DNA of 63,463 nt, filler included, from Squatina squatina (lineage: Eukaryota): the NCBI GenBank assembly GCA_031763465.1. It is 3 parts of 3 records of this genome, joined end to end, with 100 filler letters (N's around TTAATTAATTAA, not from the genome) between each part and the next. Parts side by side here need not be neighbours in the genome. Positions count along the whole stretch, not along the records: positions 1 to 23,911 come from JARFOE010000046.1; 2 more parts are not named here. One strand, given 5' to 3'. The notes beneath the pieces were generated by a model. The model was not told where the DNA came from. It saw only the letters and a list, made by a program, of their open reading frames with translations, and searched no databases. Every line of letters starts with the position of its first letter. Positions within the stretch are counted from its first letter, which is position 1. Positions 1-12,396 of the stretch are shown here, piece after piece. The position numbers and the translations under genes were made by a program.

Positions 1-174
1 GTAAGCTTCAAAAAAAGTGCTTCAGTATTCAACGCTGGCAGTTGATGCACAAATTTCTCCTCATAAGATTGGTTTTTTTTCTTCACTTTTTTTGTTCGTA
101 ATCCACTTAAAAGTTTTATTTCCCATTTCTTGGGTTGGCACTTTGATCACGTCACGTGTACTGGATCCACATGT

Positions 175-204
175 TCACTCAAACGACATAAGGTTAGTGG
201 GTAT
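175..204 (-). CDS. RALGPS1: RALGPS1 terminal coding exon (IPTNLMSFE*)
   Basis: Minus strand tttcag|ATA CCC ACT AAC CTT ATG TCG TTT GAG TGA; matches the vertebrate RALGPS1 C-terminus (VPANLMSFE); phase 0 fits the preceding exon. Confidence 0.92.
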   Translation of the reverse strand: MPTNLMSFE

Positions 205-280
205 CTGAAAGCAGACGGGAGGGGAACACACAAGTCAAAGGCCGTCTGTGACATTCACATTACTGCACTGCCCCCCAGAG

Positions 281-505
281 TAGGGTGACCGCATCGCAAA
301 AGTCTCAAATTGGGACAATCGGTCTGCGCATGCGCAGTCCAGTCTCCATCGGGAACTGCGCATGCGCAGTGCGTTCTTCGCCGATACTGTGCATGCTCAG
401 TGCGTTCTTCGCCGATACTGTGCACGTGCAGTGCGTTCGTCGCCGATACTGTGCACGCGCAGTGCGTTCTTTGGAACTGTACGTCTGCAGTGCGTTTTTC
501 GCATG
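281..505 (+). mobile_element. Left end of a non-autonomous hAT-like DNA transposon with an internal ~31-bp tandem repeat
   Basis: Starts TAGGGTGACC as the related copy at 15008 does; about 5 units of ACTG(T/C)GCA(T/C)G(C/T)GCAGTGCGTTCTTCGCCGAT run into a long N gap. Confidence 0.55.
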
Positions 506-1433
506 NNNNNNNNNNNNNNNNNNNNNNNNNNNNNNNNNNNNNNNNNNNNNNNNNNNNNNNNNNNNNNNNNNNNNNNNNNNNNNNNNNNNNNNNNNNNNNN
601 NNNNNNNNNNNNNNNNNNNNNNNNNNNNNNNNNNNNNNNNNNNNNNNNNNNNNNNNNNNNNNNNNNNNNNNNNNNNNNNNNNNNNNNNNNNNNNNNNNNN
701 NNNNNNNNNNNNNNNNNNNNNNNNNNNNNNNNNNNNNNNNNNNNNNNNNNNNNNNNNNNNNNNNNNNNNNNNNNNNNNNNNNNNNNNNNNNNNNNNNNNN
801 NNNNNNNNNNNNNNNNNNNNNNNNNNNNNNNNNNNNNNNNNNNNNNNNNNNNNNNNNNNNNNNNNNNNNNNNNNNNNNNNNNNNNNNNNNNNNNNNNNNN
901 NNNNNNNNNNNNNNNNNNNNNNNNNNNNNNNNNNNNNNNNNNNNNNNNNNNNNNNNNNNNNNNNNNNNNNNNNNNNNNNNNNNNNNNNNNNNNNNNNNNN
1001 NNNNNNNNNNNNNNNNNNNNNNNNNNNNNNNNNNNNNNNNNNNNNNNNNNNNNNNNNNNNNNNNNNNNNNNNNNNNNNNNNNNNNNNNNNNNNNNNNNNN
1101 NNNNNNNNNNNNNNNNNNNNNNNNNNNNNNNNNNNNNNNNNNNNNNNNNNNNNNNNNNNNNNNNNNNNNNNNNNNNNNNNNNNNNNNNNNNNNNNNNNNN
1201 NNNNNNNNNNNNNNNNNNNNNNNNNNNNNNNNNNNNNNNNNNNNNNNNNNNNNNNNNNNNNNNNNNNNNNNNNNNNNNNNNNNNNNNNNNNNNNNNNNNN
1301 NNNNNNNNNNNNNNNNNNNNNNNNNNNNNNNNNNNNNNNNNNNNNNNNNNNNNNNNNNNNNNNNNNNNNNNNNNNNNNNNNNNNNNNNNNNNNNNNNNNN
1401 NNNNNNNNNNNNNNNNNNNNNNNNNNNNNNNNN

Positions 1434-1698
1434 CATTTAGGACTGAGATGAGGAGAAATTTCTTCACCCAGAGAGTGGTGAACCTGTGGAATTCTCTACC
1501 ACAGAAGGCTCTGGAGGCCAAATCATTGAATATATTCAAGAAGTAGATAGATAGACAGACAGACACTAAAGACATTAAGGGGTATGGGGAGAAAGCGGGA
1601 ATATGGCGATGAGATAGAGGATCAGACATGATCTTGTTGAATGGCGGAGCAGGCTCGAAGGGCCGAATGGCCTACTGCTCCTATTTCTTATGTTCTTA
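1434..1698 (+). mobile_element. CR1 LINE 3' end (ORF2 C-terminus plus 3' UTR)
   Basis: FRTEMRRNFFTQRVVNLWNSLP is the typical CR1 ORF2 end; followed by GGCTCGAAGGGCCGAATGGCCTACT and a (TTCTTATG)-type tail. Confidence 0.9.
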
Positions 1699-1730
1699 AC
1701 TACAGTCTGATGCCAGCTGAATGGTCCTAC

Positions 1731-1822
1731 CTGAGGCCTATTGCTTTTGCATGCATCATCCAAGTGCTTGTGCCACAATATTGCATGAAACCTTGAGCTG
1801 GTCTGGAACTTGTAAACATTAC
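1731..1822 (-). CDS. RALGPS1: RALGPS1 penultimate exon, end of PH domain
   Basis: ttgcag|GT AAT GTT TAC...CCT CAG|gtagg encodes (G)[30 protein letters not shown], near-identical to RALGPS1; 92 nt. Confidence 0.95.
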
Positions 1823-2304
1823 CTGCAAATGAAAGGCAGATGTGCAGTTACAACAACAACTTGCAATTATAGAGTGCCTTTAACATAGTGAAATGTCCCA
1901 AGGCATCTCACAGAAGTGTCATCAGGCAACAAATGACACTGTTTGAAAAAGAACACTGTTTAAGTATGTATAAAATTAGTTTTCTGTGACTCAGCTAGTC
2001 ACTGGTGATGCACTGAGCAATCGCTCCTGTTTCATAAATACTGCACACTGCTGTTGAATCGATTTAAAGAACATCATTTTACAGCATACGTGGGAATAGA
2101 AATACGAGGGCATGTTTGTATTGAAATAAACACAAAATTCTCTCACAAAGAAAGCCGCGCCATTTCAATAAACTTGTTAAGTCCAGTTATTATTTAGCTG
2201 AGAACTTTATGTAGCAATTCTATACTTGTAGCAGATTTTATGGCAAAGGTTTTTAGTTCCAAAAAGGAATCGTCTCAGTGTAACTGACTGTACGCTGGGC
2301 AGGG

Positions 2305-2483
2305 GTCGGGAAGGATCGGGTGGACCGTGGAGACTGTGATTGGGGGTCGTGGAGGATCGGATGGGCCTTGGAGACAGTGATCGGGGGTCAGGAAGGATCA
2401 GGTGGGCCGTGGAGTCTGTGATCGGGGGTTGGGGAGGATCGGGTGGGCCGTGGAGACTGTGATCGGGTGGCATGGAGGATCGG
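2305..2483. repeat. GC-rich minisatellite, ~40-41-bp unit, ~4 copies
   Basis: Repeated GGAGGATCGGGTGGGCCGTGGAGACTGTGATCGGGGGTC-like units ending at a gap. Confidence 0.85.
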
Positions 2484-3321
2484 NNNNNNNNNNNNNNNNN
2501 NNNNNNNNNNNNNNNNNNNNNNNNNNNNNNNNNNNNNNNNNNNNNNNNNNNNNNNNNNNNNNNNNNNNNNNNNNNNNNNNNNNGTTAGATACAGAGTAAA
2601 GCTCCCTCTGCACTGGTCCCTCCAGCTCTGGGAGTGTGTGTTGCTGACACTGGTTGCCTGTCCTGGAGATGGCTGAGTTACGAGATCTGTGGAAGGAGCA
2701 ATGAGATGAGAATGCCTCATCATCCCAGAGGGGAAGTATGGAATTAAATTGAGTGTCCCAGTGGCATTCCTTGACGTAATCTGTTGCCCCTCTCTGTTCT
2801 CTGTCACAAGTCTTTGCCAAGTAACTATTTGAGCGAGAGAGACTCTCATTAAAATTCCGCAAACGTTCTCATGCTATGAATCCCAGTCAACTCTTTCTTG
2901 ACCTGTCGGTGAACTCAGAGCGAGAGGGGGCATTTTATTCCAATCAGCCTGGGATGAATTGCAATCCAGGTCCCAGAAATAAAAGGCCATTATGATCGAT
3001 TACTGAATAGATTTTTATATGTTTCAAATATGTACTTACCTTTTGTGTCATGTAAAAAGTACTTTAAATGTTTTGTTTACAAATCAAATGAAAATGGTCA
3101 GAGAGGTTCCGGGCTCCAAAGCAAAACCCACTGGCGATAAATGAGAATACAAAATGAATATAAAGTGGTACAAAAATAAGGGACTCGATGTTTTTGTTGG
3201 TTTTCTAGCGACAAGAGATTTTTTGAAATCCATTATGGATTTCTAAATAAATGCATTTCACGTTATAAAAGCAAAGAGCGCTCGAAATACAAACATTAAA
3301 TTGGTGCTGGGGACTACTCAC

Positions 3322-3414
3322 ATGTTTCCTCTCAGAGGCTCGCAGTGACTTTGCAGAGTAATACAGCAGAAGCGATCCAGAAAGTATGAGCCAGTAGCGA
3401 GTCCAGGATGACAT
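3322..3414 (-). CDS. RALGPS1: RALGPS1 PH-domain exon
   Basis: cttcag|ATG TCA...AAA CAT|gtgagt encodes [31 protein letters not shown] (93 nt), like RALGPS1 [23 protein letters not shown]. Confidence 0.95.
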
Positions 3415-4284
3415 CTGAAGGGAAACAGAGGGTCAAGTAACTTCAACATTAAATCAAACTAAGCTGCATTCCTAAATGAACAGTCACCGTGACCTCTGGT
3501 TACTCAGTTATTCAGGCTGTAAGTCGTGGATTTCCACATTTTACACCCTGAATGTTCTGCAAAATGCTATGCTGCAGGCACAGTACGCTTCTTTCTTTCC
3601 TAACATGTGCCACCTGTTTAGCATCTCATCATGTTTCGGCAAAGCTCTGCTCCTGATGTTTTTTTCCAAGCCCGACCTTTGGAGGTTTGGTAGTGTCACA
3701 GCCTGTGTCCAAATACTGGGCAGTTTGATTTTTAATTGAATAAAACCAATAATGAGCACAATCAGGTATAAATCATTGTCATTCTGCATTGATGATATGC
3801 AGAGATGTCAACCTTTAAGTGTTGAAATCAGTGAAGCAGGCCCACCAAAACTTGGCAGGGGTCATAAGGANNNNNNNNNNNNNNNNNNNNNNNNNNNNNN
3901 NNNNNNNNNNNNNNNNNNNNNNNNNNNNNNNNNNNNNNNNNNNNNNNNNNNNNNNNNNNNNNNNNNNNNNACTTGATATGTTTTTATGTAGGGACTTGAC
4001 ACAATTTCTCATAATTGCTGTCTTCCTGGAATGTCTCTTTTTGGCTTCCTGACTGTACCTTTACTTTGGCCTATCCTATTGGAAAGAAATACCTCATACA
4101 GCTACCTAGACTCACATGTGTCATAGTTAACTGTTACAGTGCTTAAAACTCTCATCACTTCCAGAATTCTATTCTATTTCTATCACAGACTATAAAATGA
4201 AGCTGGAAAAACACAATGGAATCCAAGCCATCTGGTTATTAAGTGGTAATGATTCAATAAATAGAACTTTTTTTAAAAAAAACC

Positions 4285-4757
4285 TTGGGCGCCCAAATTG
4301 ACTGCCCTGAGTTTCTGGCGCTCATGGATGAATTGGGGAGCGCTAAGTTCAGGTCTTTGAATTTCTTTTTAATAAAGTCCAGCAATTTGACACTTAGAAA
4401 AAAACCTCAGACAGCTTTAAAAAACGGGCTAATTTCAGTGCTAAAAGGGCCCATACTTAGCGCTGGATTTCTTAGTTTATTTCAGCTGTCGAATTCCTCA
4501 ATTGGCCTAATTGCTTCCACTTACCTATGAGCCCACGTCAATACTTAAAGGGGGGCCTTTCCCACACACAGCCACTGCTTAAGTCAGTATTGGAGGAGGA
4601 GGTGAGGAAAGTCTGCAATTCTATAGTGCCTAACACTACACGAGATGGCTCAGAGATGGAGCTAGAATCAGGGCACCTCGCTTCACTGAGGGAGCCCTGG
4701 AGGCACTCGTTCAAGAAGTTGACAGGAGGGCAGCAAACCTCTTTCCTGTTGCTGGAA
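4285..4757 (+). mobile_element. PIF/Harbinger relic with Myb/SANT-like ORF2 fragment
   Basis: 4670-4756 reads RAPRFTEGALEALVQEVDRRAANLFPVAG, a NAIF1/MSANTD-type N-terminal Myb/SANT pattern; GC-rich terminus-like sequence near 4287. Confidence 0.65.
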
Positions 4758-4857
4758 NNNNNNNNNNNNNNNNNNNNNNNNNNNNNNNNNNNNNNNNNNN
4801 NNNNNNNNNNNNNNNNNNNNNNNNNNNNNNNNNNNNNNNNNNNNNNNNNNNNNNNNN

Positions 4858-5232
4858 AGGACATCTCAAAGCACGTTGCAATCAATGAAGGACTTTTGAA
4901 GTGTAGTCACTGTTGTAATGTAGGAAACACAGCAACCAATTTACACACTGCAAGGTCCCACAAACAGCAATGAGATAAATGACCAGATCATTTATAAATG
5001 TTGGTTGAGGGATAAATGTTGGCAAGGACACAGGGAGCACTCTCCTGCTTTTCTTCAAATGGTGCCGCAAGATCTTTTGCGCCCACCTGAGAGGGCAGAC
5101 TTGTACTTGGTTTAACATCTCATCTGAAAGGCCAACAGTGCAGCACTCCCTCAGTACGGCACTGGAATCAGACTAGATTATGTGCTCAAGTGGGGCTCTG
5201 AACCCAGAGGTAAGTATACACTGAGCCAAAGC
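4858..5232 (-). mobile_element. tRNA-derived Deu-domain SINE (SacSINE1-like)
   Basis: Core AAGTGTAGTCACTGTTGTAATGTAGGAAACACAGC...CCCACAAACAGCAATGAGAT plus a head ending CACTGAGCC; related pieces at 11090-11182, 12560-12830, 13476-13850, 22610-22700, 42110-42197, 46781-46842. Confidence 0.7.
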
Positions 5233-8200
5233 TGATATAAATTGTTTTTTGTGGTGCAGATTACCTGAACTTGGTATAGTGTTAAGACAAGGGTGTATGA
5301 TGACATTTTCAAATTGGATAATTTGGCTACTTTACTAACAGCAACCCAAAGACAGAAGGATTATAATTTAGCCTATTATTAATGGCTTTATTTTTTGTGG
5401 TTTATTTGGTACATTTTTATAAATAAATTTCCATACAAGAAAGCTCTTTTGTACATTTAGCTTGTGTATGAGAAGTAAAAAAAAAAGCCGTACTTGCTGT
5501 AATAGAGTTTATTTCAAGAAGCTACTATGGCATTCAGTACAATTTTCACATTGCCCATGTGTTTTAACTTATTTTTGACTTTTTTGGGGGGGTGCAAAGA
5601 GATATTTCCTTGCTTATAATTAGCCAATGAATTGTGTAGAAAAAATGTGCATTTTGAAATCAGAAAAATGTAATTCAGTAATGAACATATTAATTCTTTC
5701 TTTGAACGCAACTTGCCAACCAATTTCTTGCAACAAGTGACGTACCGGTAATCTTATTGCAAACAAGGGTCAGCACTGGAGAATGGTGATAAAACCCGCA
5801 TGGCTGAGGGCTGCCAAGTGCCTCTAGCCGACGCTGAAATCGTTTCAAGCAATTTAGCAATTAATAATACAATGCAGTAACTGCACACAGATGCAGCAGC
5901 TGACATTCATTACGTAACGAGAGCCTCGAAGGTCAACGTAATTGATCAGGAAGCTAAAGACCCCTGAGCTGAAATACGACCACTCTGCTGAAATAATTCG
6001 CTCCTTTCTAAGAGTTTACTGTAATGCAGTAAATGGCAGCTCATTTTTCCAGCCATGAAGCTGTTTTGATTGTCTGAAAATTGAAAGCTGTCTAGACAAA
6101 TATTTTGATACCGTATTAACTTGAATCCACACTTTCCACTGCAGGTTACTGCTGATTCAAACACCTGAAAGATTGCCACAAACTTCAGACTGCACCTTGG
6201 AGAGAAAATGTAATAAAATGGCAAATTGCTGCGACAACTACTCACGATTACTAATCTGAATAAATCCGTAAGAACATCTAAGTCTGGCTGTTTTATTCCC
6301 AAAATATCTATATCTGTTTTCGGCTGAAGTTTGGCCTCAGCAAAGTGTAGCTCATCACTGCTGAAGAAAGGAATACGTTTTCCACCTGCCTGTCAGAACC
6401 ATGGACTCTCAGACTGGCTATTGCATTGCCAGGTTCCTGGTACANNNNNNNNNNNNNNNNNNNNNNNNNNNNNNNNNNNNNNNNNNNNNNNNNNNNNNNN
6501 NNNNNNNNNNNNNNNNNNNNNNNNNNNNNNNNNNNNNNNNNNNNCAGAAAATGCTGGAAACACTCAGCAGGTCAGGCAGCATGTGTGGAGAGAGAAAAAC
6601 AGAGGCCGATAACCCTTCGTCCAAACTGATTTCTTGGTTGGGCCTGCCCATGTGATCCATGGGATGCTTGCGAAGTGCCTGCGCTCCTGGGATATGTGGG
6701 GCCTCTATGGAGGCCTGCGCACAGAGGCCCAGGAGCGCACGGCGCCAAACCTCCTGGACCACCAGGTGAGTTCATCGATTTATTTTGCAAGTCAGAGGCA
6801 GCCGCCTGCCGGAAGCCTCCGACTGCAAAATGTGGGCCAATATTCTGCGAATGTAAATGAGACACAGCCTACACCCACACTCAACTGAAGCAGGTGAGAG
6901 GCCCGTATTAATACTTTGGGCAGAACTAGCAATTCTAGTCAGCAACTGCTACAAATTAATCACTTCTAAAAACTCGGTAACCCTGAATCATAAGTTTTCA
7001 AACTGGACCCAAAGGAGCACTTGAGAAGATCCTAGATGGTCCCTGAGATCATCAGTTTCTGCCCAACAGTTGATGTATTTTTCTGTACTTGTTGATTTGC
7101 AAGCTGTATTCCTGTTGCTGCATACAATTTTTTTTTTTTTAAATGCTTTCTACAGTGTTGGCACTGTTTTCTTTTAGATAGTGGGCAGTCTTTCGAAACT
7201 CAGGACAGGAACTCCACGAGAGTGTGTCCCTGGGAAAGTGACAGTGTTTACAGGGGATCAGTGGCGAGTGCCAGTATTTTGCCCGGAGTTGCCGCGAGTG
7301 CGTCAATGTTTGTTGGGTGGGGGGGGCCCTAAATCTGTTACATAACTCTGGGATTTTTTGTACAATTGCACATAAACAGCTGAACAACATTACATACTGA
7401 TCGCACTGAATAAATGTACATAACAACAAGTCTGAGCTAACCAAGACATACTCTCCACTGGGAAAGAATTTCGAAATCCAGCTTTAACAGCAGTTGAGTC
7501 ATTTTATGGTCCAACTGAATTAACAAACAATATTGGTGACAATAAACAGCAGGAGATCCCAATTCACATTAAGCACTGGGCCCCGCCAAGAACTGCATGC
7601 TGATTCAAATTATACAAGAGTGCCAGAGTTAATGGAAGACATATTTCAGGTAAACTGCAGCACAATATCTAGCAGCTTTTTTATAAAAAAAACTATTAAA
7701 TTGTTGGCCAGCTCTTCTTAAATAAAACTTGTCAATGATTAAGCAGTAAATCTTCGATGACAGCAGCTGTTGATAGCTTAAACAGGATGAAAAATAAGGA
7801 AAAAATTATTGACAAAACGAGGTCACATACGGTTAATCAAGTATTAATGTGGCAATATCTGTGGAAACAAGCCCACTAACTCTGAAGCTACAGCTTCCTC
7901 CTCTGAGCTATATCAAATGATTGTGAAAGCAGCTTCATAAATTTACTAAGCTGAGCAGAATCGCTACATTTCAGATAAAGCCAAATTCAGCAGAGCCTTA
8001 TTACCCAGAACTGTTCATCATCTCTCATGAAGTGACCTCTCTGAACAATGTCTCAGATATAACTTACCTAGAAACACCCAGAATTAAGATGAATGGGAAC
8101 AAAATTAAGCTTTTCATGTTTTAAATTTGGGGAAAAAATTGTCATTCTTTGATGCAGTACTGAAAAATTGACAATGCTGGACTGAAATAATATTCTGAAA

Positions 8201-8279
8201 ACTGTGGTCTTAATTAAAATTTGGCCTTCCAGGGTCTATATGGTGCGTATAAAGTCAGGAATACGCGCCTTTTCTATTG

Positions 8280-8588
8280 TTTAAAAAAAAAAGGCAAGAT
8301 AATAAGATGGATAATAAAGCAATGGTAGACTTGTTAAATGAGGACTTTTTAAATCTGTTTTCACAGTGGAGGAAGAGGACTACCAGCGCTACAAGGGAAC
8401 TTCAAATAAGTCAAGGGGAGGAACTTACTGGATTTAATGTAAGTAAAAAAAATGGTATTGGAGAAAATAATGGGACTTAAGATAGACAGATCTCCAGCAC
8501 ATAATGGTTTCCACCTTAGGGTATTAAAAAAAACAGGTGGGGAAATGGCAGATGCGTATTAGTTAACATTTTCCTTAATTCTCTAGAT
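8280..8588 (+). mobile_element. Degenerate CR1 LINE ORF2 fragment
   Basis: Decayed MVDLLNE.F...F and LKIDRSPA.NGFH.RVLK motifs typical of CR1 ORF2 upstream of the RT domain. Confidence 0.65.
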
Positions 8589-9898
8589 NNNNNNNNNNNN
8601 NNNNNNNNNNNNNNNNNNNNNNNNNNNNNNNNNNNNNNNNNNNNNNNNNNNNNNNNNNNNNNNNNNNNNNNNNNNNNNNNNNNNNNNNTCAGCTGTACCT
8701 CCAGCTGTACCTTCTTTAGCTCTACCTTGAGCTGTGCCTTCTTTAGCTTTGCTCCTTCCCAGTGAACCAAAGCCATGTTACTTGGTGGCAGCAGCAGTGG
8801 GTTGAAGGGTCAACCATTTAACTTATATCACTAACACGGTTATTGGGATTTGACTTGAGGCCTTGTGGATCTTTCGAGATAACATACTAAATGAAATGCT
8901 AGCCCACTTGCAATCCTAGTCTAGTCTAGCATGGTTCCAAACCAGGACTTAATTAGAGTGAGCTCATATTTAAGGACCATTGAGAACGCAACAACAACAT
9001 CTACCAGTGTTCGTTACTGATCTCAATAGACCAAGCAATACATGACTATAGACTCAATGTCTACAGTATACAAAGAAGCTCTATGGAGGAGAAAATGCTT
9101 CATACAGGAAACATCGATAGACTAAGAACCACACTACACAGGGCATCTCTGTGGTTTATGTGGTCTGTTGGTTGCCAGTAGGCCACAATTTTATATTGCT
9201 GATAGCATGAAGAGGTCTGTTTTCTCTTTTTGTAAGTACAATCATTACTATGTGATGACAGCAGTCTCCCAAGCAAACTAACTCTGCCAGGAAGGGAGAA
9301 AGCTAACTCCTCCACTTAAATAGCTGTCACCCATCATGTTTGTTTTTCTTGTAATTCTGGACCCAGTTTTTTTTAAACTGTAAATGCTGGTATTTTATGG
9401 GAAGCATTTTTCCTTCAGAAGCTAAAAAGGATACAGATAGANNNNNNNNNNNNNNNNNNNNNNNNNNNNNNNNNNNNTATTGGGTTTCAACCATAATCAT
9501 TTGTGACAATTCTTCTCTGTACATGGGACATGTTTACAATGGAGTGAGTTCTTCATAAGTGTCGAGTTAAAGCAATAGAACGTAGTTTATAGATTTGTAG
9601 TTTTGATATATGTTGTATCACAGACAAAACACTTCCGACATTTCATTCAGGAAATCATCTTACCCAAAATAAAATTCCAACAAACATCAGAATCAACAAA
9701 CTGTAGATTGTCCAGACCCTGAGGTAAGGCAATCATCATTTCAAAGTTATTCAACAATTCCCTTATGAGCCTCTTATTCTCGTATAAGCTGCAGAAGTGT
9801 CCTGGCAACTGTGCAGTGCAGTACGTAAGTTACTTCCCCAAACAATGCAACCCTTTCACAGAGTATTTTGTGGTTGTAAAACAAATATAAACACTTAC

Positions 9899-9992
9899 TT
9901 GTAATTGTCCTCTTCGACAAATTTTTGCAGCTCTTCGATATACCGTACAGATTTCAAGTACTTCTGCACGTGGGGTAATGTAACCAGATAGT
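9899..9992 (-). CDS. RALGPS1: RALGPS1 exon at the end of the CDC25/RasGEF domain
   Basis: cacag|AC TAT...TAC AA|gtaagt encodes [30 protein letters not shown](K), 94 nt; not in the ORF track. Confidence 0.95.
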
Positions 9993-11189
9993 CTGTGAAA
10001 GAGAGTAATGTTACTCTATTAGTCAAANNNNNNNNNNNNNNNNNNNNNNNNNNNNNNNNNNNNNNNNNNNNNNNNNNNNNNNNNNNNNNNNNNNNNNNNN
10101 NNNNNNNNNNNNNNNNNNNNNNNNNNNCCCCACCTACCCCATTTTAATCTGAATTTTACTTTAGACTTTGAAAGTGCTAGTGTAAGAATTAGAAGATTTT
10201 TCTTGGAACAGCCTGTGTTGTGTTCTCAAAAACATGGTAATACAACAAGCTTTATTTAATATGTATTTTAATCTGGAAGTATTCAAAGGACAATATTAAC
10301 TGTTCACTTTACAAGTAAGTATTGCAGTGGATAAAGTGAATCTATTGTGGACAAGACACTAATGAATAAACCATATATGTAAGATGACAAGGAAATTGTG
10401 GGGTTACGTCTCCCCTTGAGAATTTTCAATTATAAAACTTCTAGAATTTAGCTTATTGGTGTTTAAAATCTGTTGAAGTCGTTTGATTGTGAACTACAAT
10501 CCACATAAAGAATTACTCCATTATTGTTTTCACATTCAACAAATCCTTCTGCTTGCCACTGGTACTCCCTCTGCAGTCTCAAACTACAGCCCAGAAGGTT
10601 ATAACTTGTAACACCAGTACTATGTAATTATACATCTGTTTTATGCATCACCCTGTTGGAAATTAAATCTCATCTGTAGATGATGGATAAACATTCAACA
10701 TCTTTGCTACTGATCCAATAAAATCATTGTTCCCGCAGTAATTAGCTTTCAGAGCGAATGATCTATAAATTCAAGTATTCCACCCTGTTAATACCAGAGG
10801 ACTTTCCTATTTCCAGCACAATCTGGTTTACAATTGGCAAGATGAATTCTTCACATTGTTAGAGAGTTGAAGCAGGTTCTCCAAGGTCCTGGAACCCTGA
10901 ACGACTTTTCCCTCTTCCTGGAAGAGGTGTATCGAGAGCCACTGGCGAGCCTTTACTGTTACCTCTAACTCAGTACAGTCCAGATGTCANNNNNNNNNNN
11001 NNNNNNNNNNNNNNNNNNNNNNNNNNNNNNNNNNNNNNNNNNNNNNNNNNNNNNNNNNNNNNNNNNNNNNNNNNNNNNNNNNNNNNNNNGCACTGGAGTA
11101 TCAGCCTAGATTTTTGTGCTCAAGTCTCTGGAGTGGGACCTCTGATACAGCGGTGAGAGTGCTACCCACTGAGCCATGGCTGACACAAT

Positions 11190-11870
11190 TTCCTTTGAGA
11201 TTCTGGCGGAGTTGGTCAGGGCAAGGAGGGAGCTACTGTTACCCAACACCCGCAGGATTAGCCCCAGGGCCACTATCCAGTAGGCCTGGGGAGAATCACC
11301 CCCACAATCAGGCTTCACTTTAGGAAAAAGGCCAATGACTTCATAAGAGCAGCTTTCCGTCTCTCTCAACAACACTTGCCCACCTTCCTTTCACCCCTCT
11401 CCTCTACCAGGGTCAACAATTCCCTCCCTATTACATCCTTCAGCATACAATCACGAGGGCGCATCTCTCCTTGCAATTCCATAAAAAAACACTCCCCTCG
11501 TCACACCACACACTAACAGCATGCTTTTCCCACATCCCAGCACTTGTGCAAGCAGCAACTCCTACCTCCACTCAGAACTGCTTCCTCACTTCACAATTGG
11601 CTTTATTCAACACTTGCCCATTTTCAAACCATCTCGTTTCTTCTCCAGCTTCCAGCAGAAGACGAGCCCCATACGCCTCCATTTACCTCATCAGCAGTCA
11701 CTCGGTAACTCTTGCCCTCTCTTTCTGCAGGACTGGGTAGCAGGTAATGCCAGGGAGAGGAACAAGACTGGTGGAGGAGTACCAGGCATTATAGGCCTCA
11801 GCCAAAGAGCAGGACCCCCTGGACATTAGTGGTCCTGGAAAAGTCATAAGCAGCGAGGCAGCGGAGGATG
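11190..11870 (+). mobile_element. Decayed Harbinger Myb/SANT (ORF2) gene with its intron
   Basis: EILAELVRARRELLLPNTRRISPRATIQ*AWGE...RKKANDFIRAA, then a C-rich spacer, then ttctgcag|DWVAGNARERNKTGGGVP; contains an internal stop. Confidence 0.7.
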
Positions 11871-12299
11871 GTGGCTGTTTGATCATATTATTTGCAACCC
11901 TTCCTTCACCTTAGCAAATATTCAGAAAGCTTCACAACTGCATTCTGAAGATTGTCATCTGCTAATGTCCAGCCTCTCAGTGGAATCTTATCAAATATTT
12001 AAGGGAGTTGGAATCCGGTGCCTTCAAAAAAAGAGTCCTTAAATCAAATAATTTCTCAGTATATTTAAGTTGCAATTATATATTGCCAGATATTTAGTGT
12101 ATGCATTTTACTAAATCAAATTTAGATGCTTCACTGCCATAATAAAAGCATATTGTCGAGAGAAATATTTATGTGGTAGCTCAATTGCAGAGGGTTTGAT
12201 GACCTATTCATGTCAAATCAGACTTTTAAAGCAAAGGAGATAGTTAATGCATTCTAATCATGGCAACACATACTGTGGTAATAAATAGAACACACTTAC

Positions 12300-12396
12300 T
12301 GCCAAACTGCCCTAGTTTGGCTATGGTGAACTGCACTATTTGTAGAACGACATGTCGGGGCAGCACATCAAAAGGAGTTTTCAGAATCAAGGTCAT
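12300..12396 (-). CDS. Candidate internal alternative first coding exon of RALGPS1
   Basis: ATG-initiated 32 codons + 1 nt (MTLILKTPFDVLPRHVVLQIVQFTIAKLGQFG) ending at a perfect GTAAGT donor; phase 1 fits the 9992 acceptor. No homology recognised. Confidence 0.3.

Noticed and set aside
355-505. Regular ~31-bp repeats as a CRISPR-like array
   Set aside because: The units are contiguous with no unique spacers, there are no cas genes, and the context is vertebrate.
255-1629. Long ORFs of ~380-410 aa (also 26092-26974, 17354-17778, 28489-28852)
   Set aside because: They consist mostly of X from N runs; artefacts of the ORF caller.
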